Origin: an uncultured Acetatifactor sp.
GTDB lineage: Bacteria > Bacillota > Clostridia > Lachnospirales > Lachnospiraceae
DNA length: 64,000 bases
Direction of reading: 5' to 3'
NCBI GenBank assembly: GCA_904501885.1
Contig: CAJGCP010000003.1
Location: 5,182-69,181, forward strand
Below the pieces are notes generated by a model. That model searched no databases, was not told the origin of the DNA, and saw only the letters and a program-made list of their open reading frames with translations. Position numbers and translations under genes: made by a program. Positions 43,851-52,957 of this stretch are shown piece after piece (position 1 is the stretch's first letter; each line of letters opens with the position of its first letter).

Positions 43851-45392
43851 ATGATTAAAGTAAATAGAAATGAAATCACGTTCACAACACCAAACTTCTG
43901 GAACCATATTCATTTTCATCCAACGGATGCGATCGAAGATGAATGGGGCAAGGAGATATTAGATGCGGTTGCCAAAGATAAAGCAGCAAAATATATTCGC
44001 ATGTATACCATGCTGGAGGATATTGTTTCTTTGGATGAGGACGGTATGCTTCTCTATGATTTCAAGGAACTGGACTATCGCCTTGATTATCTGACCGGTA
44101 AAGGATTCGGCATTGTGCTTTGTGTGAATTTCCTGCCTCAAGCGATTGCAGAGGATCCTACATGTAATTCTGTTTACGAAAGATATAAAGGTAAAATATT
44201 AAATAATTCCAAGCCACGTGACTATAAGGAATGGCAGGAGGTTTGCGCGACAGTACTTCGTCATTTGGTAGATAAGTATGGGATTGATGTGGTAAGCACC
44301 TGGTACATTCAATGCTGGAACGAGCCGAATCATAGGGGCTTTTGGATGAATAATGAGCCGGATTGGCACATTAGAAGCGACGAATATTTAAAGCTTTATG
44401 ACTTTTTTGCAGAAGGTGTAAAGGGCGTGTCTGAAAAAATCAGAATTGGTGGCCCGGTGCTGGGCTATAATTTAGACAAGTGCAAGTATCCACGTTATGA
44501 AGGCTATGACGGTTGCGCGGATGTTTCCTTCCTACATAAATTCTTTAAGCATATTAAGGAGGAAAGAAATCACGCAAATGGTGGTATCGGTACGAAGATT
44601 GATTTCTTTTCCATCCACGTATATGGTGCCGACCATAAATTCAACCCGCTTGATCCGATGGATTCATACAATATCGCAGATGATCATATCCAAGTTATGA
44701 AGCAGTATGGTTATGAAGATTTGGAAGTGATTGGCGATGAGTTTGAAGCAACCACAGAGGGTTACTTGGGTATAGAACGGGAAGAGGGATTTGATTATCG
44801 GAATAGTACGAGGCTTTCCACCTATTATTTTGCATTGATTGATATTCTTATTAAGAAGAGGGCGCCGCTTTCCAAATTGCTCATTTGTCTTTCCGGTGCC
44901 CACCATCTTGTAAAAGAATTTGGCGGTCAGCGTACTTTTGCAACAAAGAGTGGTTTCAAACTTCCGATTTATAATGGATATGTGTTGTCTGCATTTTTAG
45001 GAGAGCAAATTCTTTCCCACGAAAACGACACCCAAGTAGGTATAATTCCCACGTTGGATGCAGAGGGAAATATTGTAATCGCTTTGTATAATTACACACC
45101 AAACAAACTGAAATCAAAAGGCACACAGCACGTTCAATTAGAAGTCGCACTGCCGGAAGGCAGTTACGAAGTTTCACACTACCGTTTAGATGAAAATAAC
45201 TGTAATTCCTATACAGCATGGAAAAAACTTGGCTCAAAGGAAGTGCTCACACAGAATGAGAGAGAAGTGATTAAACAAGCGGAAAAGGTGAAACTCTACT
45301 ATCCTAAAGAATCTTTTAAGGGCAACACATACACCGACAGCATCGTGTTGCCGGACGATGCGGTTTCTGTAATTAAATTGACACATTTATAA
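43851..45392 (+). CDS. glycoside hydrolase, GH39-like (clan GH-A)
   Basis: WYIQCWNEPN acid/base region, TIM-barrel length plus a C-terminal beta domain. No signal peptide. Confidence 0.5.
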   Translation: MIKVNRNEITFTTPNFWNHIHFHPTDAIEDEWGKEILDAVAKDKAAKYIRMYTMLEDIVSLDEDGMLLYDFKELDYRLDYLTGKGFGIVLCVNFLPQAIAEDPTCNSVYERYKGKILNNSKPRDYKEWQEVCATVLRHLVDKYGIDVVSTWYIQCWNEPNHRGFWMNNEPDWHIRSDEYLKLYDFFAEGVKGVSEKIRIGGPVLGYNLDKCKYPRYEGYDGCADVSFLHKFFKHIKEERNHANGGIGTKIDFFSIHVYGADHKFNPLDPMDSYNIADDHIQVMKQYGYEDLEVIGDEFEATTEGYLGIEREEGFDYRNSTRLSTYYFALIDILIKKRAPLSKLLICLSGAHHLVKEFGGQRTFATKSGFKLPIYNGYVLSAFLGEQILSHENDTQVGIIPTLDAEGNIVIALYNYTPNKLKSKGTQHVQLEVALPEGSYEVSHYRLDENNCNSYTAWKKLGSKEVLTQNEREVIKQAEKVKLYYPKESFKGNTYTDSIVLPDDAVSVIKLTHL

Positions 45393-45464
45393 AAGGCTTG
45401 GCCGATTTGAACCGACCCCCAAAAGTTAGACTAAAAATCTAACGATTGGGAGGTCGGTATTTTT

Positions 45465-46046
45465 ATGGCAAAACACAGTTTTGAATTCAAGAAAAAAGTA
45501 GTTTCGGAGTATCTAAACGGATGTGGTGGAACTCTTTATTTATCAAAAAAATACAATCTTGGTTCTACCACGCAACTTCGGAAATGGATAAAAGCATATG
45601 AAACATTAGGCGATGAGGGATTACTCCGTTCTCGCCAGCAAACAAAATATACTTTTGAATATAAGCTTCATGTGGTAGAGTTATATTTATCAAGTGAGGT
45701 TTCATATCAGGAATTAGCATTTCAGGAAGGTATCAACAATCCAGCTTTGATTGTTAGATGGGTAAATGATTTTAGAATTGCCGGTCCTGATGCTTTGAGA
45801 CCGAAAAAGAAAGGTCGAAAGAAAACAGTGGATTCAAAAAATAAGGCTAAAACGGTAGTTCAATCAACAGAAGTAATTCAAGTAGACACCAGTGTTGAAC
45901 ACGTTAAACAATTAGAAGATGAATTATTAAAGCTTAGAATAGAGAATGCCTATTTAAAAGAACTGAGGAGACTGCGTTTAGAGGAGGAAACTCTTCTGAA
46001 AAAACTGCGAGGATCATCCACAGCCTCCGAGGAGAATTCAAACTAA
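45465..46046 (+). CDS. IS3 transposase OrfA (HTH + leucine-zipper-like)
   Basis: 193 aa. N-terminal HTH and C-terminal coiled coil (LEDELLKLRIENAYLKELRRL). Confidence 0.9.
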   Translation: MAKHSFEFKKKVVSEYLNGCGGTLYLSKKYNLGSTTQLRKWIKAYETLGDEGLLRSRQQTKYTFEYKLHVVELYLSSEVSYQELAFQEGINNPALIVRWVNDFRIAGPDALRPKKKGRKKTVDSKNKAKTVVQSTEVIQVDTSVEHVKQLEDELLKLRIENAYLKELRRLRLEEETLLKKLRGSSTASEENSN

Positions 46047-46087
46047 AAGATATTCTCGCAGTAGTTGGCTTTCCTAAAGCAACATAT

Positions 46088-46888
46088 ATGTATTGGCAAA
46101 AACGCTTTGATAGAGTAGACCCAAACAAAGAATTGGAGGAACGAATCCTTGCTATACATGATGAACACAAGGATTTTGGATATCGTCGTGTTTTAGCTCT
46201 TCTTCAAAAAGATAGGGTCTTTATCAACAAGAAGAAAGTTCAACGCATTATGCAGAAACTCGGATTACAGGTTACATCATACACTCGTAAGAGTCGACGT
46301 TACAATTCTTATAAGGGCAAGATTGGGCGAATTGCACCTAACAGAATTCATCGTAGATTTTATACTTCTGTTCCACATCAAAAAATAACTACTGATACAA
46401 CAGAGTTCAAGTATTACGACATTGATGAAAAAGGCAGAATGATTATTCGGAAACTATATTTAGATCCATTCTTAGATATGTTTAATGGTGAAATAATCAG
46501 TTATGGAATTAGCAAAACTCCATCGGCAGTAAGTATATTATCTGCGCAAAAGAAAGCTATTGAAGTAACCACAGATTGTCCTTATAGGAGAACCTTTCAT
46601 TCTGACAGGGGTTGGGCGTATCAGATGCCTGCGTACGCTCGTGAACTAAAAGAAAATAAAATTTTTCAAAGTATGTCGCGCAAGGGAAATTGTTATGATA
46701 ATTCTATTATGGAAAATTTCTTTGGCCTATTAAAACAAGAAATCTATTATGGAAATACATACTACAGTTTTGATGAGTTAAAAGAAGCAATTGAGAAATA
46801 TATTGTGTATTACAATGAAAAACGAATCAAAGAGAAACTTGGCTGGATGAGTCCTGTTGAATATAGGCTATCCGCCTTGGCTGCATAA
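46088..46888 (+). CDS. IS3 transposase OrfB (DDE integrase core), probably made as an OrfAB fusion by -1 frameshift
   Basis: rve-type core (TDTTEFKY .. HSDRGWAY .. CYDNSIMENFF). The -1 frame is open from 45938. An A6 run at 45999-46004 lies in the overlap. Confidence 0.9.
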   Translation: MYWQKRFDRVDPNKELEERILAIHDEHKDFGYRRVLALLQKDRVFINKKKVQRIMQKLGLQVTSYTRKSRRYNSYKGKIGRIAPNRIHRRFYTSVPHQKITTDTTEFKYYDIDEKGRMIIRKLYLDPFLDMFNGEIISYGISKTPSAVSILSAQKKAIEVTTDCPYRRTFHSDRGWAYQMPAYARELKENKIFQSMSRKGNCYDNSIMENFFGLLKQEIYYGNTYYSFDELKEAIEKYIVYYNEKRIKEKLGWMSPVEYRLSALAA

Positions 46889-46973
46889 AAATAGCGTAGC
46901 AGCCATTAAACTGCTACGCTTAAAAAGTCTAACTTTTGGGGGTCGGTTCAATTTTGGCCAAGCCTTTCCATAT

Positions 46974-47840
46974 TTATTTTTGATATGTCTTGCGGTATGC
47001 CTGTGGACTGAGACCAACCTGTTTTTTAAAAATACGGGAAAAGTAATTTGCCTCGATATAACCTACATTTAAAGCAATATTGCTGATAGGTGTGTTTGTA
47101 GAACGTAAAAGAGTTTTTGCGCGGTCAATGCGAATCTTATGGATATACTCTGTTAAAGTAATTCCGTGTTTTTGACTGAAGCAGCGGGATGCATACGAGT
47201 GATTCACAAAAAATTTGTCCGCTATGCTTTGGGGCGTAATGTTATAACTGTAGTTTGCGTTAATGTAGTCCTGCATTAAATATGCAAGCCCCTTATCAGA
47301 GCCGGACACTGCGATTTCCGGTGTGAGAAGCTGCTTGTTGAGCACCTTCGCATCAAAATACATTGAAAGTATTTTTCCGATATTCAACAGATCGTCTTGG
47401 GATATCATCGGTAACTGCTCATAGAGGCGAAGCATCTCTTCTTCGTTTCCGCCTAGGCGTTGCGTACTTTTTTCTACGATATTTTTATAGTTTTCTCCTT
47501 GGACACGGCATTGCCCCACGAACAGTACGCCAAGTAGTTCGTTTTCTAAAAGCAACGGAATCACAAGCTCCTTCATTCCCATATGACATTCAAAGAGAAA
47601 TGGTTCTTTATATTGCTTTGCAAGGGAGACGGCTTCATTCCTGTCGCTTTGGTTACAACTTTCCCGCCCGCCGGGAAGCGCACGTGTTCTTTCACAAAAC
47701 GAGCAATAGTGGCCACAGTTATTTTTTACGCCGTACTGGTTATAGTGGAAGAAATCGCTAAGGTCGTAGTAGCAGATTCCAACCTTGCTGAGATCGCGAA
47801 TTGCATTAATTAAAACGGATATTTCGGATATGTTATCCAT
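46974..47840 (-). CDS. AraC family regulator with PocR-type N-terminal sensor domain
   Basis: Cys-rich block GHYCSFCERTRALPGGRESCNQSD typical of PocR domains. C-terminal AraC HTH pair. Confidence 0.75.
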   Translation of the reverse strand: MDNISEISVLINAIRDLSKVGICYYDLSDFFHYNQYGVKNNCGHYCSFCERTRALPGGRESCNQSDRNEAVSLAKQYKEPFLFECHMGMKELVIPLLLENELLGVLFVGQCRVQGENYKNIVEKSTQRLGGNEEEMLRLYEQLPMISQDDLLNIGKILSMYFDAKVLNKQLLTPEIAVSGSDKGLAYLMQDYINANYSYNITPQSIADKFFVNHSYASRCFSQKHGITLTEYIHKIRIDRAKTLLRSTNTPISNIALNVGYIEANYFSRIFKKQVGLSPQAYRKTYQK

Positions 47841-47981
47841 AAGGCATCACCCCTGATTGATTATAACGCAGGCAGGAATCGCAGTCAATGACGGGGTAAA
47901 AAATATGCTAATTCCTGTAAATTTCATACATTTCTTGGATGGAAAATAATTGGTATAATATTTCAAATAAAGAGAATGCGC

Positions 47982-48050
47982 ATGTAAAGAATGGGCACTT
48001 TTTTGTGAGTATATAGAATTGAATATAAATGAAAAATATCATATAATATG
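47982..48050 (+). promoter_or_regulatory. 69-bp promoter/operator module, copy B (TTGAAT-17-TATAAT)
   Basis: Pairs with 39504-39572. -35 at 48019-24 and -10 at 48042-47. Confidence 0.6.
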
Positions 48051-48125
48051 CTTGAGTTGCAGAGATTATGGTGAAAACGGCAACCAGTGGTATGTCGATT
48101 AAGATTGATGAAGGAGAATACTATT

Positions 48126-49172
48126 ATGAAAAGAATCAGATTAGGTATTATTGGATGCGGAGGCATGTCCAGAACACATGCACAGGGAATTGCAAAATGT
48201 ACAGATGCGGTAGAGATTACAGCAGTTTGTGATGTTATCAAAGAGAGAGCGCAGGACACTGCCGATGGATTAGACAGTAATCCTTACGTAACAACCGACT
48301 TTAAAACCATGGTAGATTATGTAGATGCGGTGCTTGTAATTTTACCGCATGATTTGCATTTTGAATGTGGTATGTTCTTCGCAGACCGCGGAAAGCACAT
48401 TTTGATGGAGAAGCCTTTGTGTAACACTGAAGAAGAATGTCTGGCTTTGATTGAAAAATGTGAAGAGCAAAATGTGGTATTGATGTGCGCATATCCGGTT
48501 CGTTTCTATCCCGGGCTTTTGAAGCTGAAAGAAATGGTTGACAGTGGCGAGTATGGTAAAGTAATGCAGATGTCTATTTGGACCGAGCAGTTGGTAAAGG
48601 TGGATTATAACAGATGGATTGGAACTGCCAGAATTGGAGGTGGTCAGCTGTTCAGCCATGGCTGCCATTACATTGACGTATTGCTTTGGTTCCTGGGTAA
48701 TCCTGTTATGGGTTCACACATTGGAACGAAGGTGGGCACTCCTTGGATGATGAGAGAGGGAACCAGTGCTGTCACCATGCTTTTCGAAAACGGAGCCATT
48801 GGCTACCATGGTGGCACTTGGGGGGCACGCGGCAGCAAAATGCAATATGACTATCAGGTAATGACCGAAAAGGCTTTATTAAACTACGATAGATCAAATA
48901 AAGAGATTCGTGTATACAGTAGGGCAGCAGAGCATGTTTCCGGCAAGGAAAAATCCCAGCAGAATGTGGAAGTGGTATGGCGTGAGGACGAAACATCCAA
49001 AAATACGCAGTTTGAACTATTACATTTTGTAGACTGTATTCTGACAGGGAAAAAACCTATTACCGATGGACGATCCGCACTGCAGAGTTTGCGTGTGATT
49101 TGGAAACTATATGATGCAGAGAATCATAAAACCATGGCAGATCTGAGAGGTTTGGGTTTGCCCACCGAGTAA
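48126..49172 (+). CDS. Gfo/Idh/MocA family oxidoreductase
   Basis: MKRIRLGIIGCGGMSRTH Rossmann N-terminus and EKP motif (MEKPLC). Start trimmed to ATG 48126 after GAAGGAG. Confidence 0.85.
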   Translation: MKRIRLGIIGCGGMSRTHAQGIAKCTDAVEITAVCDVIKERAQDTADGLDSNPYVTTDFKTMVDYVDAVLVILPHDLHFECGMFFADRGKHILMEKPLCNTEEECLALIEKCEEQNVVLMCAYPVRFYPGLLKLKEMVDSGEYGKVMQMSIWTEQLVKVDYNRWIGTARIGGGQLFSHGCHYIDVLLWFLGNPVMGSHIGTKVGTPWMMREGTSAVTMLFENGAIGYHGGTWGARGSKMQYDYQVMTEKALLNYDRSNKEIRVYSRAAEHVSGKEKSQQNVEVVWREDETSKNTQFELLHFVDCILTGKKPITDGRSALQSLRVIWKLYDAENHKTMADLRGLGLPTE

Positions 49173-49192
49173 ATGTGTTGCCTACTCTCCCA

Positions 49193-49228
49193 AAATGTTC
49201 CAGCCGCAGAAGCGGTTGGAACATTTTT
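49193..49228 (+). terminator. Rho-independent terminator
   Basis: AATGTTCCAGCCGC-AGAA-GCGGTTGGAACATT, then TTTTT. Confidence 0.85.
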
Positions 49229-49456
49229 TAGTGTGTGCATAGTGGCAAAAACATGAGATAGTAAACTGGGACATATGTTATCTCATCCATGGAGACATAC
49301 ATAAGAAGAAAGGACATCCCCAAATAAGGTAAAAATTATGCTAACACAGGTCAACAAAGTACATAGGCAATTGGTGACACATCAATTATAATAAACACAT
49401 GTTTTGCGGGAATGCAAAACAACGGTTTGGCGCCAAAATGTAAGGAGGAATGCAAT

Positions 49457-49642
49457 ATGGCTAAATACGAAGTTGCACAAGGGTGTACCTGGTGCGGAAC
49501 ATGTCTCTATGAGTGTCCGGTAGGAGCAATCACTCTGGAACCGGGTGGTGCAAGAATCAATCCCGATATTTGTATTGGCTGCGGACGTTGCATGAGAAAC
49601 TGTGCATCCGAAGCAATTGTTGAAAGGAGAGAAGACAAATAA
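49457..49642 (+). CDS. 2x[4Fe-4S] ferredoxin (61 aa)
   Basis: CTWCGTCLYECP and CIGCGRCMRNC cluster motifs. ATG follows AAGGAGG. Stop overlaps the next start (TAATG). Confidence 0.85.
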   Translation: MAKYEVAQGCTWCGTCLYECPVGAITLEPGGARINPDICIGCGRCMRNCASEAIVERREDK

Positions 49643-51201
49643 TGATATCTGTAAACAATATTCCAGCTGATATTCAGGTTGTTGATGAATATGACGTAGT
49701 AGTGGTAGGCGGTGGTGTGGCCGGTGTCGGCGCGGCGATGGCCTGCGGTAAGAGAGGGTACAAAACAATTATTATTGAAGCAACTTCCGCACTTGGCGGA
49801 CTTGCGACGATGGGGCTTGTTAACATTCCCTTGGATTTCGTATCCGGTCTTGGTACAGAGATGCTGCAAGAACTGGATTCTATGAATGGACATTGGCATA
49901 GAAATACTGATCCCGAGAAGCATAAACTGGTTCTGGACAGAATGATTAAGAAATACAACTGTGATGTATTATTGGTAACTCAGGTGGTTGATTCCATCAT
50001 GGATGGCGACACCATCAAGGGTGTGGTGATTCAGACCAAGCAGGGGAGAAAAGCCATCCTCGCTAAGGGTGTAATCGATGCTTCCGGTGATTCTGATGCG
50101 GCCTACTATGCAGGCGCAGAGGTAATGGTAGGTCGTGAAGAAGATCATATGAGCCAGGCGTGTTCTCTGGAGTTTACACTGGCAGGTGTAGATTGGGATA
50201 AATATGTGGAATCTGATTTGAAGAAGAATGATCCCAGATGGGTAGCTAAGATTGAAACGGATCTTGCCAGTGGTGTACTTGCTTATGAATCTGATAACCA
50301 TCTGAACTGGATCACTCATGTGCCCGGCAGACCTGAGCACTGTGGTATGGATGAAGTAAGTATTTGTTTCGTCCATTCCAGAAACTGCTATCCTACAGAG
50401 AATAAGGATCTTACCCGCATGTATCTGGAAGGAAGAGAGCAGGCGCATATGCTGGCTGATTATATCAAAGCTACAGTACCCGGATTTGAGAACTCTTATC
50501 TGGCAACCACAGGTTCTCTTCTTGGTGTAAGAGAAAGCCGTCGTATCGTTGGTGAGTATATCTTAACTGCAAGAGATTTGGCTTCTCTGGCTAAGCATGA
50601 TGATGTTGTAACCATTTCCAGTCATGGCTATGATATACACAACTTTACTGATACCGGTAATGTAAAGTGGGCCCCTATGGAGATCAATGGTGAACTGAAA
50701 TATGTAATCTGTAATGCTGGCGGCTTTGGCACCACAACCATGCCTCCCAATAATGCGGAGGTAGTTAACTACAAGGGGCAGAATGTATATGAAGCAGAGT
50801 TCGAGCCCGGTGGATTCTATGATATCCCTTACAGATGTCTGGTTCCCATAAGAGTTGAGAATCTGTTAGTAGCAGGTAGAAACCTGTCTTCTGATGTTTA
50901 TGCACAGTCCGGTGCCAGATTGATTATGGCCTGCTTTACCATGGGTGAGGCTGCAGGTACTGCTATGGCTATCAGCCTTGCTCAGGGCATCACCCCCAGA
51001 CTGGTTGACAGAGTTGATTTGCAGAAAGAGCTGATCGCCAATAAGGTAAATATCGGTCAGAGAGCAAGACAGATTCCCGGCATTGACCTGAAGGATATTA
51101 CTTTTGAGGATAAATATAATGCGAATGGTGAAACTGCTGCACAGCGCACCAAGGCTGTTGTGGAGCAGGGAACCTTGAAGTTCGTATTAGGTAACAAGTA
51201 A
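49642..51201 (+). CDS. FAD-dependent oxidoreductase (FAD_oxidored / PF12831-like)
   Basis: YDVVVVGGGVAGVGAAMACGKRGYKTIIIE dinucleotide-binding motif. 519 aa. Confidence 0.75.
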   Translation: MISVNNIPADIQVVDEYDVVVVGGGVAGVGAAMACGKRGYKTIIIEATSALGGLATMGLVNIPLDFVSGLGTEMLQELDSMNGHWHRNTDPEKHKLVLDRMIKKYNCDVLLVTQVVDSIMDGDTIKGVVIQTKQGRKAILAKGVIDASGDSDAAYYAGAEVMVGREEDHMSQACSLEFTLAGVDWDKYVESDLKKNDPRWVAKIETDLASGVLAYESDNHLNWITHVPGRPEHCGMDEVSICFVHSRNCYPTENKDLTRMYLEGREQAHMLADYIKATVPGFENSYLATTGSLLGVRESRRIVGEYILTARDLASLAKHDDVVTISSHGYDIHNFTDTGNVKWAPMEINGELKYVICNAGGFGTTTMPPNNAEVVNYKGQNVYEAEFEPGGFYDIPYRCLVPIRVENLLVAGRNLSSDVYAQSGARLIMACFTMGEAAGTAMAISLAQGITPRLVDRVDLQKELIANKVNIGQRARQIPGIDLKDITFEDKYNANGETAAQRTKAVVEQGTLKFVLGNK

Positions 51202-51266
51202 ATTGTATCATTACATAGAATGATAATAAAATTAGTTATAGCCAAGAGGTGACAGGCTAAATCACA

Positions 51267-52028
51267 CTAAAGCTGATAGGTCTTTTTCTTATTAGCGTAT
51301 TCGGTAGGGGTCTGCCCAGTCTTTTTCTTGAATATTCTGCAGAAGTGATACACGTTGGTAAAACCACAATCCTTTGCAATTGCCGTAATGGTAAAAGGTG
51401 TATTAATAAGCATCTGCTTGGCTTTTCGTATTCTCAGATCCAGAATAAACTGCTTTGGTGTAGTGCTGTAGAGGGTATGGAAAAGTTCACGCAAGTAGGT
51501 TTCGCTGATGTTAATTTGATTTGCTAAAGTTAAATTGGAAAGCTCTGGGTCGGATATGTTTAGCTCGATATAGCGAATAACACTCTTCAGACGATTTGAG
51601 CGGAACATACTTTGAGACGAAATTTCGTGCAGTAATTCATAAAAAGCACTGTGAATGATGAGACGACTACTTTTGTATAGGAAATGGGTGCTGATGGTTT
51701 CGTAAAGCGAAATACAGGCTTGAAAATTCTGTATGGGTAGAACCAGAATTTCATCGAGGCATAGATTTTCGCACTCAAAATTGATCAGAGGGAAACGCCC
51801 ATTCTTGTTGACGCTAAAGGAGTATGATCCGCCTTTCGGCAGTATGACTACATTATTATGGTTTTCAATATACTTTTTCCCGCCCATGTTGTATGTGATC
51901 TGACCTTCATAACAGAATGATAAGCCGAATTCCTGTCGGTTTGTTATCTCGACAGTCTTGCCCTCCTGGGAATGGACAATGCGTGGCGGGAATACCTGGT
52001 TTATGGTGAGATTTTCTAAAAAATTCAT
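51267..52028 (-). CDS. AraC family transcriptional regulator
   Basis: Cupin-like N-terminus. C-terminal HTH pair (ANQINISETYLRELF .. IAKDCGFTNVYHFCRIFKKKTGQTPTEY). Confidence 0.85.
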   Translation of the reverse strand: MNFLENLTINQVFPPRIVHSQEGKTVEITNRQEFGLSFCYEGQITYNMGGKKYIENHNNVVILPKGGSYSFSVNKNGRFPLINFECENLCLDEILVLPIQNFQACISLYETISTHFLYKSSRLIIHSAFYELLHEISSQSMFRSNRLKSVIRYIELNISDPELSNLTLANQINISETYLRELFHTLYSTTPKQFILDLRIRKAKQMLINTPFTITAIAKDCGFTNVYHFCRIFKKKTGQTPTEYANKKKTYQL

Positions 52029-52190
52029 ATTTGCACCTCTGATGATTTAGTCAATTTTATCATATCACATTTCGCATATAAAGGGAAATGTTTAAAATTT
52101 TAGCATCAAAAAGGTTAAAGAGACGTCGTTTGTGCCATTGCGGAACATAGATAGTAGTGTCTATAATTGTCAAAAAGGAGGTTGAGATAT

Positions 52191-52952
52191 ATGAATTATT
52201 TGGGTAAAGTGGCCATTGTCACGGGCGCCGCTTCCGGCATGGGCTTACTTTTTTCGCAGAATTTCACTTCATTGGGCGGTAATGTTTTGATGTGTGATGT
52301 GAATGAAACTGCTCTAGCAACAATAGTAGAAGAGCTAAATGCCAAAAACCTTGGAAAGGCTGTGGGCGTCGTATGTGATATACGGGACTATGCACAGGTA
52401 TCTGCCGCCTGCGATAGAGCTGTCGCAGAATGGGGGAGCATTGATATCGTGGTAAACTTCGCAGGAGGTACCGCATTCAGAGTGCTGAAAGTAGACGCAA
52501 AGAAATATCCGGAGTTCCCGGATGTCCCCATCGATGTTTATGACTGGGGAATTGATGTCAATCTGAAGGGCCCGTTCTATTTTGCACATGCAGCATTGAA
52601 ACAGATGCGAGAGCAGAAAAGCGGACTAATCGTTAATATAGGGTCCATTACAGGTGCAGAAGGCAGCAGATACGGGATGGATTATTCAACGTCCAAAGCC
52701 GGTCTAATGTATGGCCTGACAAAGTCGATTGCGCAGTATGGGGCTAAGTATGGTATTCGATGCGTTTGCGTGTCTCCGGGACCGGTACTAACAAGGCCGG
52801 ATATGGCTAAGATGAAAACCCTGGTGGGCAGAGCTGCAGAGCCGCAGGAGATTGTGGATTTAATTCTTTTTATTGCCTCTGAAAAGGGACAATTCATTAA
52901 TGGTGAAAATATTATGATAGATGGTGGAAGAAACGCCATGAATAGAGGGTAG
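52191..52952 (+). CDS. SDR family oxidoreductase
   Basis: VTGAASGMG and YSTSK catalytic motifs. ATG 52191 follows AAAGGAGG. Confidence 0.8.
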   Translation: MNYLGKVAIVTGAASGMGLLFSQNFTSLGGNVLMCDVNETALATIVEELNAKNLGKAVGVVCDIRDYAQVSAACDRAVAEWGSIDIVVNFAGGTAFRVLKVDAKKYPEFPDVPIDVYDWGIDVNLKGPFYFAHAALKQMREQKSGLIVNIGSITGAEGSRYGMDYSTSKAGLMYGLTKSIAQYGAKYGIRCVCVSPGPVLTRPDMAKMKTLVGRAAEPQEIVDLILFIASEKGQFINGENIMIDGGRNAMNRG

Positions 52953-52957
52953 GTTTA

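Larger units (their letters stand above)
45408..46950 (+). mobile_element. intact IS3-family insertion sequence (1543 bp)
   Basis: 26-bp perfect terminal inverted repeats TGAACCGACCCCCAAAAGTTAGACT. 3-bp direct duplication ATT (45405-07 and 46951-53). orfA/orfB are in the 0/-1 frame arrangement. Confidence 0.9.
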
